A stretch of DNA of 64,000 bases from a virus (lineage: Duplodnaviria; Caudoviricetes): the IMG/VR virus record IMGVR_UViG_3300029288_000057, positions 64,001-128,000 of that record; one strand, written 5' to 3'. Below the pieces are notes generated by a model. That model was not told the DNA's origin, did no database searches, and saw nothing but the letters and a program-made list of their open reading frames with translations. Position 1 is the first letter of the stretch, and each line of letters starts with the position of its first letter. This document shows, one piece after another, positions 48,007-57,440 of the stretch. The position numbers and the translations under genes are program-made.

Positions 48007-48596
48007 GTTCTATCAAATAAGTTTCTGTAATGAGCTTCAAATGCTAATAGTTTTGTTTTTGCGTCATCTAAGATGTCCATCATGCTTCTAAACTGAAGGT
48101 AATGAATTTCACAAATTTCAATATTTTCGTGTTCTCCCTTGACTCCACCACCAGCATTTTTTACCTTCTCCTTGTTTGTTACTGTAGCAATAAAATAATG
48201 CATTTTTTCAGTTGAATATCCTGGGGTGGTATAACAGCTTCCACAATGTTCTACGTTGTTTTCATCAAGTTTATATCCAACTTCTTCAAGAGATTCTCTT
48301 ATAAATGTTTGCTTGGGAGTTTCTCCTGAGTCCATGGTGCCAGCCATTGCCTCGTAAATAAATCCACCGTGATTCTTTGTTCGTGTCGGATACCTAAATT
48401 GTTTAACTAAAACAATACATTCAGTATCAACATTGTAAATAAGTCCTGAAACAGTGTCTGGTCTTGAAACCTTTTGTCTTTTGTATGTGGACACACTTCC
48501 ATCCTCTAAAGTGTCTTTAATTGACGCCTCATCAACCTTGGTGTATCCATGGTACACTCTTTTTTCTTCTACTATTTCAATGGTTCTTTTTGACAT
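48003..48596 (-). CDS. Nudix hydrolase, ADP-ribose pyrophosphatase-like
   Basis: LVKQFRYP, AGTMDSGETP...RESLEEVGY, TPGYSTE, GGG..GEHENI. Confidence 0.88.
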   Translation of the reverse strand: MSKRTIEIVEEKRVYHGYTKVDEASIKDTLEDGSVSTYKRQKVSRPDTVSGLIYNVDTECIVLVKQFRYPTRTKNHGGFIYEAMAGTMDSGETPKQTFIRESLEEVGYKLDENNVEHCGSCYTTPGYSTEKMHYFIATVTNKEKVKNAGGGVKGEHENIEICEIHYLQFRSMMDILDDAKTKLLAFEAHYRNLFDRT

Positions 48597-48600
48597 AAAT

Positions 48601-49797
48601 TTATTTTTTTGCCATTTTATTTATCTGCCACTCTACAAACTTAATTGTTTCTTCGTCTCCAACGTGTTTTGTGGGAGAATCAGAAAGCTTAATGGCTGGC
48701 ATTCCGTTTATTTCAAACAATTTTATGACAATATTCATTGGCTTCACGCCGATAATATCATTTGTCAAATTGGTGCCAATTCCATATGACTTCCTTATTT
48801 CTTTCCTTCGATAATTATCAATTTTTATTACCAACTCTGGGTTTAGAGCATCAGAGTACACAATCGTTTTTGTAGTTGGGTCAATCCCAAGACTTTTATA
48901 ATGGTCAATAATTTTATCTGTAAAAACGAATGGGTCTCCACTGTCATGTCTCACTCCAGTAAACAAGTTTGCATATTTGCTATCAAAATCTCGCAAAAAA
49001 GCATCTGTTGTGAATGTGTCTGACAAGGCAATTCCAAGATTTCCATTGTATGTCTTTATCCAATATTCCATGGCAATTCTGTTGGCGTGAGCATATCCGA
49101 ACATTGCTGCAATCCCAGAAACCCATTCGTGTGCATATGTTCCAATTACTTTGATTCCGTTGTATAAACCAAGTTCAACATTGCTTGTTCCTGCAAAGTT
49201 TTCATACATGGAAGAACCACAGAATATGTCAACAACACTAGCGTGAACATCTTCGGACTTTGCCCTTCGTGTTCCGAAGTCTACTACCTGTATGTTGTTT
49301 AAATAAAAGTATTGTGCTTTGTCCTGTGCCTTTTCTAAAGATTTGGCTATATCAACATTTTCGTCACTTTGACCTGTCATTTCGTAATACAACTTACAAA
49401 TATCTTTCATAAGAGTTGTTTCCCACGGGCATGTTCTGTACCAATATCCTGCAATTTGCATCGATAGGTCTCCGCCGTTTTGTACGATGCCAACTTCACT
49501 TGGGTCATATCTATATCCTTCAAGAAAATCAAAGAATGCGGCTGGCAAATAAGGACTCCTTGCTTCAAATTCCAGTCTACGTTGTTTTGACATTTTTTTG
49601 TTTCGGTACTCATCAACAATTTTTCTCAATCTGACAGCAAATCCATCTGGGTATTGAGTGTGGCTTCTATCAATAAATTCATAACGAACCTTTGCCTCTG
49701 GAAAATTCTTTATAATAGCCCACATCATTGTAAATTTGTACAAGTCTGCCCAAAGAATGGAATCTTTGTTAATGGACTCTGGAGATTTAGTTTTCAT
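48601..49797 (-). CDS. pncB: Nicotinate phosphoribosyltransferase
   Basis: DLYKFTM, DFGTRR, GTSN, GTYAHEW, RHDSGDP, GIGTNLTND, KLSD. Confidence 0.93.
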   Translation of the reverse strand: MKTKSPESINKDSILWADLYKFTMMWAIIKNFPEAKVRYEFIDRSHTQYPDGFAVRLRKIVDEYRNKKMSKQRRLEFEARSPYLPAAFFDFLEGYRYDPSEVGIVQNGGDLSMQIAGYWYRTCPWETTLMKDICKLYYEMTGQSDENVDIAKSLEKAQDKAQYFYLNNIQVVDFGTRRAKSEDVHASVVDIFCGSSMYENFAGTSNVELGLYNGIKVIGTYAHEWVSGIAAMFGYAHANRIAMEYWIKTYNGNLGIALSDTFTTDAFLRDFDSKYANLFTGVRHDSGDPFVFTDKIIDHYKSLGIDPTTKTIVYSDALNPELVIKIDNYRRKEIRKSYGIGTNLTNDIIGVKPMNIVIKLFEINGMPAIKLSDSPTKHVGDEETIKFVEWQINKMAKK

Positions 49798-49835
49798 AGT
49801 AAAAAATTTTTGTTTTCACTACTTTATACGAAAAA

Positions 49836-50069
49836 TTATTGAATATGTTCTCTTTTTTCTAATATTTTTTTCAACTCTTCCTTATAATTTTTGAATTTCT
49901 GAAGATTTATCTTCGCTTGTTCTTCATTTTCTTCATCATGATGATATCCGTTTACTTCGAGTTGAGAAATGTGTTTCTGAATTCTATCTTTGTATGCATT
50001 GATTCTTTTTGTATCCCAAGTTCTGACTGATGCAAGAGGTTGTAAGTTTACGTTGTGTATTCTTTCCAT
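49836..50069 (-). CDS. Hypothetical protein
   Basis: ORF; TATATTTG at 50085. Confidence 0.65.
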   Translation of the reverse strand: MERIHNVNLQPLASVRTWDTKRINAYKDRIQKHISQLEVNGYHHDEENEEQAKINLQKFKNYKEELKKILEKREHIQ

Positions 50070-50110
50070 GTTTTTTATTTTTTACAAATATATAGCTTTT
50101 AATTTAATAT

Positions 50111-51112
50111 TCAAAATGTATTTTTGTTGATGGTGTTTTGATAGGTTGTGTCTGATTTAAATTCTAATATTATTTCTTCTATATAAATACTAGAATTGTG
50201 TTGCTTTTTTCTGTTTTCAGACATTGGAATGATAATTAAATTAGATATATGCCCAATAATTTCTGGGTTTATGTTGTTTTTAAATCCATCAATCTTAGAA
50301 ACTTGGTGGTCTAAATCATAACCATTTTTTATTCCTCTTAAATCAGAATTATCTAATTTATTTAATTGTAATGAAAGTCTGCTAAATTTATTTACAGCAA
50401 GACAATATTTTTCAAAATCCTTTCTCATACATTTTTCAATTTTTGAGTTTGCTTGTGAAATTTTATCATTTTTTTTAAACCACCTGTCAACTCCATCATC
50501 ATAGCCATATTTTTCAATAAAATGTTTAATTGAGTTCTTTGTTTTTTGTCTGATTTTCCAATTGTTGTATTTTTCAGTTCCTATTTCTTTCCCATATTTT
50601 TTAATAAAATTTTTTAATGTCACAGCTTTTTTTAATTGAATGTTTTTAAATTTTAAGCTACCTTCAAGGTTTCCAAATTTCTCAATATAATAATCTAAAG
50701 TTTTGCATTTTTTCATATTATCATTGCGCTCTTTATATTTAATAGCACCCAGTGATTTTCCATATTTTTCAATAAAACCACCAAGTGTGTGTGAGTATGA
50801 TAGTTTTTTTGACAATTCTGGTGTTAATATTTTCGTTAAAGTGTCTTTTCTCCCCCTTGTTTTTGAAGATATTCTATTTCCGTATAATTTATCATATTCT
50901 TCTTTGTTTATGTCGTGTAAATATAAATGGTCAGCATTTATCTCTTTAAACTTTAATCCACAAATTTTACATTTTACATAATCAACACCTTCGATTCCTA
51001 CCATCCTGTTTTGTGTGCTATTTTTTGTTCTACAATTTGACGAACAAAATTTCTTCTTTTGATTTGATTTTACCTCAAACTCTTTGTTACATAATAAACA
51101 TTTATTTTTCAT
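50111..51112 (-). CDS. HNH homing-endonuclease-like protein with zinc fingers and KYG repeats
   Basis: CxxC...CSSNC, CKICG, 4x (I/F)xKYG, LDH...SNL...EN. Confidence 0.75.
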   Translation of the reverse strand: MKNKCLLCNKEFEVKSNQKKKFCSSNCRTKNSTQNRMVGIEGVDYVKCKICGLKFKEINADHLYLHDINKEEYDKLYGNRISSKTRGRKDTLTKILTPELSKKLSYSHTLGGFIEKYGKSLGAIKYKERNDNMKKCKTLDYYIEKFGNLEGSLKFKNIQLKKAVTLKNFIKKYGKEIGTEKYNNWKIRQKTKNSIKHFIEKYGYDDGVDRWFKKNDKISQANSKIEKCMRKDFEKYCLAVNKFSRLSLQLNKLDNSDLRGIKNGYDLDHQVSKIDGFKNNINPEIIGHISNLIIIPMSENRKKQHNSSIYIEEIILEFKSDTTYQNTINKNTF

Positions 51113-51238
51113 TTTGCTTTATTTATAAATATATTAAAAAACGCAAATAGACGGGATTTGACAATAATATTAAAACTATTTATTAAAATAAACGTATAAT
51201 AATAAAAAATAAAAATATTTATTAAAAAATATCTTTAC

Positions 51239-52624
51239 ATGGAAACAATAAAGAAAAGAATAAGAAAAATATTATTAGAAAATTACATACAAGAAAACAA
51301 TGATAATTTTTTTCGTACTGATATGGTAGTAAAAGATAGCGATAAAAGTGATATTTTAAACATAAAAGATAAACTTAATGAAAAAGGATTTAAAATTTGG
51401 ATTGTTGGGGGGGCGGTCAGAGATACAGTTAAAAATGCTATAAAACTATCAAAAAACCCTACGGATGAAACATTAGATACGCCAAAGGATTTCGATTTGG
51501 TTACAGATGCTGTTCCAGGTCAAGTAATTGATATATTTAAGGATGCCAGTTTTGTTTCAAACATTTTGAATATTGGTGAATCTTTTGCGATTATGTTTCT
51601 TGTCACAAAACACGGAAATAGATATGAATTGGCCACATTAAGAAGTGAGTCTGGTGGAGGAAGGAAGCCAGATTCAGTGCAATATGAAAAAACAATAGAA
51701 AAGGATGCTCAAAGAAGAGATTTAAAAATTAATGCTTTATACTATGAAATATTAGGAACAAATGAAAATGGGTTTTATGGAATAGTACACGATTTAGTTG
51801 GAGGTATAGATGATATTAAAACAAATTCATTAAACACCGTTGGAGACCCAAGAGAAAGGTTTAACGAAGACCCCCTAAGAAAGATTCGTGCTATTCGTTT
51901 TGCTTCTAAAATGGGCTCTCAAATACCAGACAACGTAGCAGATGCAATCAGAGAAGGTGGCACATCATTAACAGACCCCACAGGAAAAATTGTGTCAAAT
52001 GAAAGAATAAGAGAAGAGTTCTACAAGGGAGTTAAAAGCTCAAAAAGTGTAAGGTATTTTTTAGCGTTATTGGTCAGTTTTGATTTTATTAAACACCTAT
52101 TTGCAGACCTTAGAATGTCACCAGACTCTTTTGTTGAAGAGAGGCATCCAATTGTTTTGTTGGCTAATTTATTAAAACGCAATGGAATAAAAGAAATAGA
52201 AAGGAACTTATCAACAAAGAAATACAGCGCTGATGAAATAAACAGCGTTAAGTTTTTAGTGTCACTTCTTGACCTTAAAGAGAACACTGCGTCTGCAATA
52301 AAAAGATTTTATCTTCAAAAGGCAAAGAATTCAAATCCAAAAATAAATGAAAAATTTTACCCAATGACGGATGATGTGATATATAAATTTGCAGATTTAA
52401 ATCACATTGACAAATTGAAAATAAAGAACTTTTTAAGATTGGCAAACGAATTTGTACAGCCTTCTGAATTGTTAAAATCGTTGGGATATGAACGTGAGGC
52501 TCTTGGAATGGCAATTGCAAGACTTGAGAAGGAGTTTTATAAAAACCCAAATAGAGTTAAAAACATAATTAGTTCTGGTGACGCAGAGGAAATAAAGAAA
52601 TTAATCTTTATTGGAAAATCTTAA
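51239..52624 (+). CDS. CCA-adding tRNA nucleotidyltransferase / poly(A) polymerase family
   Basis: VGGAVRD, DFDL, RRDLKINA, EDPLRKIRAIRF, SNERIREE; N-terminal IRKILLE tag. Confidence 0.9.
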   Translation: METIKKRIRKILLENYIQENNDNFFRTDMVVKDSDKSDILNIKDKLNEKGFKIWIVGGAVRDTVKNAIKLSKNPTDETLDTPKDFDLVTDAVPGQVIDIFKDASFVSNILNIGESFAIMFLVTKHGNRYELATLRSESGGGRKPDSVQYEKTIEKDAQRRDLKINALYYEILGTNENGFYGIVHDLVGGIDDIKTNSLNTVGDPRERFNEDPLRKIRAIRFASKMGSQIPDNVADAIREGGTSLTDPTGKIVSNERIREEFYKGVKSSKSVRYFLALLVSFDFIKHLFADLRMSPDSFVEERHPIVLLANLLKRNGIKEIERNLSTKKYSADEINSVKFLVSLLDLKENTASAIKRFYLQKAKNSNPKINEKFYPMTDDVIYKFADLNHIDKLKIKNFLRLANEFVQPSELLKSLGYEREALGMAIARLEKEFYKNPNRVKNIISSGDAEEIKKLIFIGKS

Positions 52625-53105
52625 TCTTCTTTTAAAATTGTAGCAAATCCAGGAGTTTTCTTTCCTACATATGCTCCAGCTGTATTATAATAGAAATATT
52701 CCAAGGCCATTAATTGTAAGTCTTCATCAGATTCTTTTATAGACTTATCTTTTTTATAATTCTCAAACAAAATATTAAGGCACTTTTCTGTGTCATAAAT
52801 TACAAAGGCTTCTGCATCATCTGTCTCTGCATATCCCAATATTGCATCGTCGAATCCATCTGCAACCAACAAAGTGCCGTTTTTGAAATCTTTGATTTCG
52901 TCTAACGTGGCCTCTGTAAAAAGAAGGTGCTCTTTTTTATGTGCAATGGTTCAAGCTCATAGTGTTCAAACAATTTGTTTTTATCGTACAAAACAAGGCT
53001 AGAGTCTCCAGCCCTTTCTACAAATCCGATTATTGAATCGTCGGCTGTTTCTTTAAGTAGCTCTACATTTTCAAGTAGTTCTAATATTTCATCACGTTTA
53101 TTCAT
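52621..53105 (-). CDS. Two-domain hypothetical protein split at A_AAA_AAG (52932-52938)
   Basis: Paralogous halves (ADDSIIG / DGFDDAILG) joined by a -1 shift. Confidence 0.55.
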
Positions 53106-53221
53106 TTGCTTATTTTTTTACAAATATATATAATATTTTTAAGATTAGGAAATGTTTTATTTGCAAAATATTAGATTTTGATTTTTTTGTATATTTATAA
53201 AAAAAACAAACAATAAAGGTT

Positions 53222-53665
53222 ATGGGCCTAAACGAGTTTAAAGAGTTTGTGATTAAAAGCGCTCAAAAATATATTTTTGAAGATGAGGAATTGGATGAAA
53301 CAAAGAAAATCTTGAAGCAGCCTGAGCCCCCAAAGCTAACGAAACCTGATTTTATGAAAAGGGATGTGAACAAATTACCCAAGGAGCCAAAAGCACCAAA
53401 AACCCCAGAAGTAAAAACCATTGCAACTCCAAAAGCACCGTCTGTTAATGAAGAGGTGTGTTCTCCTGATAAAATTAAAATTTTGGCAGAAGAGATGAAA
53501 AAAATTAATAAAAAGATTGATTTAAGAAATCCATTGATTAGTCCAGAATTGTTTGATATTGTGGCTGAAGATAGAAAACCAACGGAAGATGTAATAAAAG
53601 AGGATTCTACAGAGAGATGGAAAAATCTATACAACTACGAAATACCAGATGATAATTTAAGATAA
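53222..53665 (+). CDS. Late Pro/Lys-rich protein
   Basis: TATTTATA at 53192. Confidence 0.75.
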   Translation: MGLNEFKEFVIKSAQKYIFEDEELDETKKILKQPEPPKLTKPDFMKRDVNKLPKEPKAPKTPEVKTIATPKAPSVNEEVCSPDKIKILAEEMKKINKKIDLRNPLISPELFDIVAEDRKPTEDVIKEDSTERWKNLYNYEIPDDNLR

Positions 53666-53673
53666 TATGCTAC

Positions 53674-53703
53674 AAAAAAGCCCCAAAAGTTGGGGCTTTT
53701 TTT
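53674..53703. terminator. Bidirectional terminator
   Basis: AAAAAAGCCCCAA-aag-TTGGGGCTTTTTT. Confidence 0.8.
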
Positions 53704-53825
53704 ATTCCTATAATTAATTGAAAATGGCTGTGTCATTTCCAACTTTGCTGTTTCCAAAACTTAATAAATTTTCATTCATAATAATATGGTTAGGTTAAGT
53801 TTATATAAATAATTAAAAATATTAT

Positions 53826-53856
53826 TTTGAATTATTATAAACTTTCCCTATATTTG
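53826..53856 (+). promoter_or_regulatory. Bacteroidota primary-sigma promoter TTTG-N19-TATATTTG
   Basis: Exact consensus match; second match on minus strand at 59717-59747. Confidence 0.6.
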
Positions 53857-53878
53857 CAAATAAGACAAAACAGACAAA

Positions 53879-54334
53879 ATGGACAGAATACGAGGTGAAT
53901 ACGATTTCAAAAAAGACTGTGTTAAGGGAGAAGGTGGAGAAGATATAGTTAAGAATTATTTAATTGACTTTGGCTTTGTTTTCTTAAACAATAACCGAGA
54001 TTACAGATATGACTTAAAAATGTCTTATCAAAACAGAACGGTAACCTATGAGGTAAAAACCGATATTTATCCACGAGATACTGGCAACATTGTTATAGAG
54101 TTTGAATCGGGGGGCAAGCCGTCTGGAATTGCAGTAACCGAGGCAGAGTATTTCGTAACATATTTCCTACATTTCGGAGAAATATGGAATATATCAACAC
54201 AAAAATTGAGGTTAATGATTCAATATCTTAATCCACATGTGTTTGAAATGGCTGGGGATTCTGGCAGCAATACGAAATTATATTCATTTAAAAAGCATGA
54301 AGTTGCTAATTTTTTCAAAATACACAAAATTTGA
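53879..54334 (+). CDS. PD-(D/E)XK nuclease family protein
   Basis: GE...YDL...YEVKTD...NIVIE...GKPSGI. Confidence 0.75.
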   Translation: MDRIRGEYDFKKDCVKGEGGEDIVKNYLIDFGFVFLNNNRDYRYDLKMSYQNRTVTYEVKTDIYPRDTGNIVIEFESGGKPSGIAVTEAEYFVTYFLHFGEIWNISTQKLRLMIQYLNPHVFEMAGDSGSNTKLYSFKKHEVANFFKIHKI

Positions 54335-54367
54335 TATTTGTGACTATTTATGAAAAATGTTGTTTAA

Positions 54368-56482
54368 ATGAATTCCGATAAAAGAAATCCATATATTTTA
54401 AGAAGAAACTTCAATTTTTTTAACGAAACAATTTCTCCAGAAGATATTGACGTACAAGTAAACGAGCCTAAAGATACGTTAAATAAAGAAATTTGGGATA
54501 ACGGAAGGTTAAAAAAAGAAGTGAGAATTGCTATGTTAAAAATAGCAAAGGCATTTAAGGAATATTTAAAATTAGACACACGATTAAAAGATGTTATTTT
54601 TACTGGAAGTTTAGCCAACTATAACTGGACTTTGGTGAGTGATATCGATATTCACTTAATTCTTGATTTATCATCAATGGACGAACCTGAAGAGTTCTTG
54701 GCAGAATATATTGCTGCAAAAAAGGCTGTGTGGAACGAAAATCACAACATTAAAATAAAGGGATTTGAAGTAGAGCTTTATGCAAAAGATAAAGAAAATT
54801 TATTTTCATCAAAGGGTATTTACAGCGTTCTTAGAGATGCGTGGATTCAAAAACCAGAAAAATATACACAAGACATTGACGAGCCTGCTATAAAAGAAAA
54901 AGCAGCTGTTGTCATGAATGATATTGATGATTTGCAACAAGCAACGGACGATGAGGAAATATTAACGAAGTCAGAAAAGATAAAGGAAAGAATAAAAAAA
55001 CTAAGACAATCTGGGCTAGAACAGGGGGGAGAATTTTCTGTTGAAAATCTTGCTTTTAAGGTTCTGAGAAAGCTTGGATATTTAGAAAAACTTTCTGACA
55101 TTAAAAAGGGCGCTTTTGATACATCTTTGTCCTTGGCCGAAACGTTGGATGAACACGAAGAAGGAAGTCAACGTCCAAGTTCGATTGGGTCCAATTATAA
55201 TGAAGTAAAGGTTCTATATTCATTGACAAAAGATGATTTTGCATTTGTTCCTGCTAGTCTAAAATATTGGGACATAAACACGGTAAAGGCACAACGATGG
55301 AATTTGTTAGTTAATTTTAGAGATGAAGAGGATTACCAAAGACAAATAAAAAGCAAAAGATTTTTTATGATTTTATATGATGATAAATTGTATTTCTACA
55401 AACCAGAGTACAAAAGACTGTATGATAATCATGAAAATATAGTAGATTCAAAAAAAATGAACCCAACTTTTGTCTACCAGATGAACGAAATAATCAAAGG
55501 GACATTAAATAGTGCAATAACCGAATCTTCTATGAAAACAAAAACGCTTCTCAAAGAAGGGAAAGATGAGGCACCAAAGAAATACGGGTGTTTAATGTTA
55601 GATTTGAACATAAAGAATTGGAAAGAAATTACCGATAAGATAAGCCAGGAAGATGTTTATGATGCACCTGGATTTGAAATAGAAGACAGTCCCCACATTA
55701 CTGCACTGTTTGGCTTCATATACACTGAAACCACGCCAGAAGATGTAAAGAGAGTGACAAAAAAGATATTGAGCGGGAAAGATAAAGTAAAGGTGAAATT
55801 AAAAGAGATTTCTTTGTTTGAAAACAAAGATTATGATGTTTTAAAGTTTGATATTGATTCCTCTGATTTGCATAAACTCAATGAGGCGTTAAGAGAAAAG
55901 TTTCCTTACAAAAACGACCATCCCGATTATCATCCACACATGACAATTGCTTATTTAAAGCCAGGGCTTGGGAAAAAGTACGCAAAAAAATTAAAAAAGA
56001 ATATTGTTTTCGAAAGTGATTCTTTCGTTTATTCATATCCACCAAATGAAAAGTATTATTTCAACTTAAAAAAAGGAGAAAACACTTTGGGGGTTGAGCA
56101 TGGGATTGATGATATGACCGAGGAAAAGGTTGAAATTATAAGAAATTTTATAAACTTTGTTTGTAACAGACTTGAGCTCCAGGAACCAGTATCGATTTAT
56201 CTTCACAAGGGAAGAGATGAGTATATAGTAACAACTGCATCATATGTTCCAGACGAGAATTCAAATCATATCAGATGTAACGGTAGAGCGCTTGTTGATA
56301 TATTAAGAAGCATTGCGCATGAGCTCACTCATAACAGACAGAGAGAGGTTGAGAGTTTTGCGTCTGGGGAAAATGTTCAAACTATTGGCGGCTGGATAGA
56401 AGACGAAGCAAATGCAAAGGCTGGAATTTTAATTAAAGATTTCGCAATGAATCAAGGTTTTGATGAAATTTATGATTTATAA
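54368..56482 (+). CDS. Fusion: Pol-beta-like nucleotidyltransferase + 2H phosphoesterase + zincin-like domain
   Basis: TGSLANYNW...SDIDIH; PHIT...PHMT; IAHELTH...EDEANA. Confidence 0.8.
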   Translation: MNSDKRNPYILRRNFNFFNETISPEDIDVQVNEPKDTLNKEIWDNGRLKKEVRIAMLKIAKAFKEYLKLDTRLKDVIFTGSLANYNWTLVSDIDIHLILDLSSMDEPEEFLAEYIAAKKAVWNENHNIKIKGFEVELYAKDKENLFSSKGIYSVLRDAWIQKPEKYTQDIDEPAIKEKAAVVMNDIDDLQQATDDEEILTKSEKIKERIKKLRQSGLEQGGEFSVENLAFKVLRKLGYLEKLSDIKKGAFDTSLSLAETLDEHEEGSQRPSSIGSNYNEVKVLYSLTKDDFAFVPASLKYWDINTVKAQRWNLLVNFRDEEDYQRQIKSKRFFMILYDDKLYFYKPEYKRLYDNHENIVDSKKMNPTFVYQMNEIIKGTLNSAITESSMKTKTLLKEGKDEAPKKYGCLMLDLNIKNWKEITDKISQEDVYDAPGFEIEDSPHITALFGFIYTETTPEDVKRVTKKILSGKDKVKVKLKEISLFENKDYDVLKFDIDSSDLHKLNEALREKFPYKNDHPDYHPHMTIAYLKPGLGKKYAKKLKKNIVFESDSFVYSYPPNEKYYFNLKKGENTLGVEHGIDDMTEEKVEIIRNFINFVCNRLELQEPVSIYLHKGRDEYIVTTASYVPDENSNHIRCNGRALVDILRSIAHELTHNRQREVESFASGENVQTIGGWIEDEANAKAGILIKDFAMNQGFDEIYDL

Positions 56483-56485
56483 ATT

Positions 56486-56983
56486 ATGAAAAAATTTTTA
56501 TTATTAATTGCTCTAATGTTAATTGGCCTTATATGCATAGCTCAAAGCATTCAGAACATGCATCAAAAGAGCTATAAAAGAGCCATAGAAAAAAGCTCAA
56601 TAAATTATACTCAAACTTTAATTGACAGGACTGGGTTTGTTTATGATTGGTGGATGTGTGGAATTACATGTCCTGGTTGTGCCTCACTTTATACAAAAAT
56701 AATGAGAACAGCATACCCAGAATATGGGAAATATGCCTATTATGTCTACTTTTATAGCAATAGCTACACTACATATGGACTTCTTGCTGGGACATATTTA
56801 ACTGGTGTTAATATATACAGAACAGATGCGCCTGGAATAAAAAGCAATATTTTATATATAGATTATGTTTTAATTAATCCCAAAACAGCATATTTTGATG
56901 GGGTTAATTTGGGTGCCACGTTTTATTCTGTTTCACCAGACGATTTAATATTAATTACTTGGCAGAGTGCTGCAGTTTATTAA
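56486..56983 (+). CDS. Secreted hypothetical protein
   Basis: Signal peptide MKKFLLL...IAQ. Confidence 0.7.
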   Translation: MKKFLLLIALMLIGLICIAQSIQNMHQKSYKRAIEKSSINYTQTLIDRTGFVYDWWMCGITCPGCASLYTKIMRTAYPEYGKYAYYVYFYSNSYTTYGLLAGTYLTGVNIYRTDAPGIKSNILYIDYVLINPKTAYFDGVNLGATFYSVSPDDLILITWQSAAVY

Positions 56984-57015
56984 TTTTTTTAATATTTATA
57001 TAAAAGCATAATTCA

Positions 57016-57402
57016 ATGGCAGATAAAGAAATAAAAATCGGACAAAAAGTAATAGGAGAAAAAACCAAAATCACATTAACTGTTCAGGTTGCTTTGTGGA
57101 TAATTGGTGGTATTATCTTCTTAGCCTCTACCGCTTTTACCTTTGCTTACCTAGATGTAAAAAAAGACGTAAGAACATATAAGGCACAAATGGAAACAGA
57201 TAAAAATGATTTCATAAAAACTGTTGAGAAAAAACTAGATGATAAACTTGGAAGTTTTGAGGACAAAGACGAACAGTTTATAAAGGACATGGGTGATATG
57301 AAGGGTGATATTAAAGTAATTTTAGATAGAACATCTGGAATTAGAGCAACAGACAACACAATCAATAACTCAAATATAAATAGACCCCCAGGGTCAAAAT
57401 AA
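57016..57402 (+). CDS. Single-TM coiled-coil late protein (possible holin-like)
   Basis: One TM then coiled coil; TATTTATA at 56993. Confidence 0.5.
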   Translation: MADKEIKIGQKVIGEKTKITLTVQVALWIIGGIIFLASTAFTFAYLDVKKDVRTYKAQMETDKNDFIKTVEKKLDDKLGSFEDKDEQFIKDMGDMKGDIKVILDRTSGIRATDNTINNSNINRPPGSK

Positions 57403-57412
57403 CAAATAAAAC

Positions 57413-57440
57413 AAAAGCCAGAGTTTATCTGGCTTTTTTT
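57413..57440. terminator. Bidirectional terminator
   Basis: AAAAGCCAGA-gttta-TCTGGCTTTT. Confidence 0.8.

Noticed and set aside
53715-53780. 21-codon ORF MNENLLSFGNSKVGNDTAIFN after a TATTTATA element
   Set aside because: Probably a truncated gene remnant; too short to call
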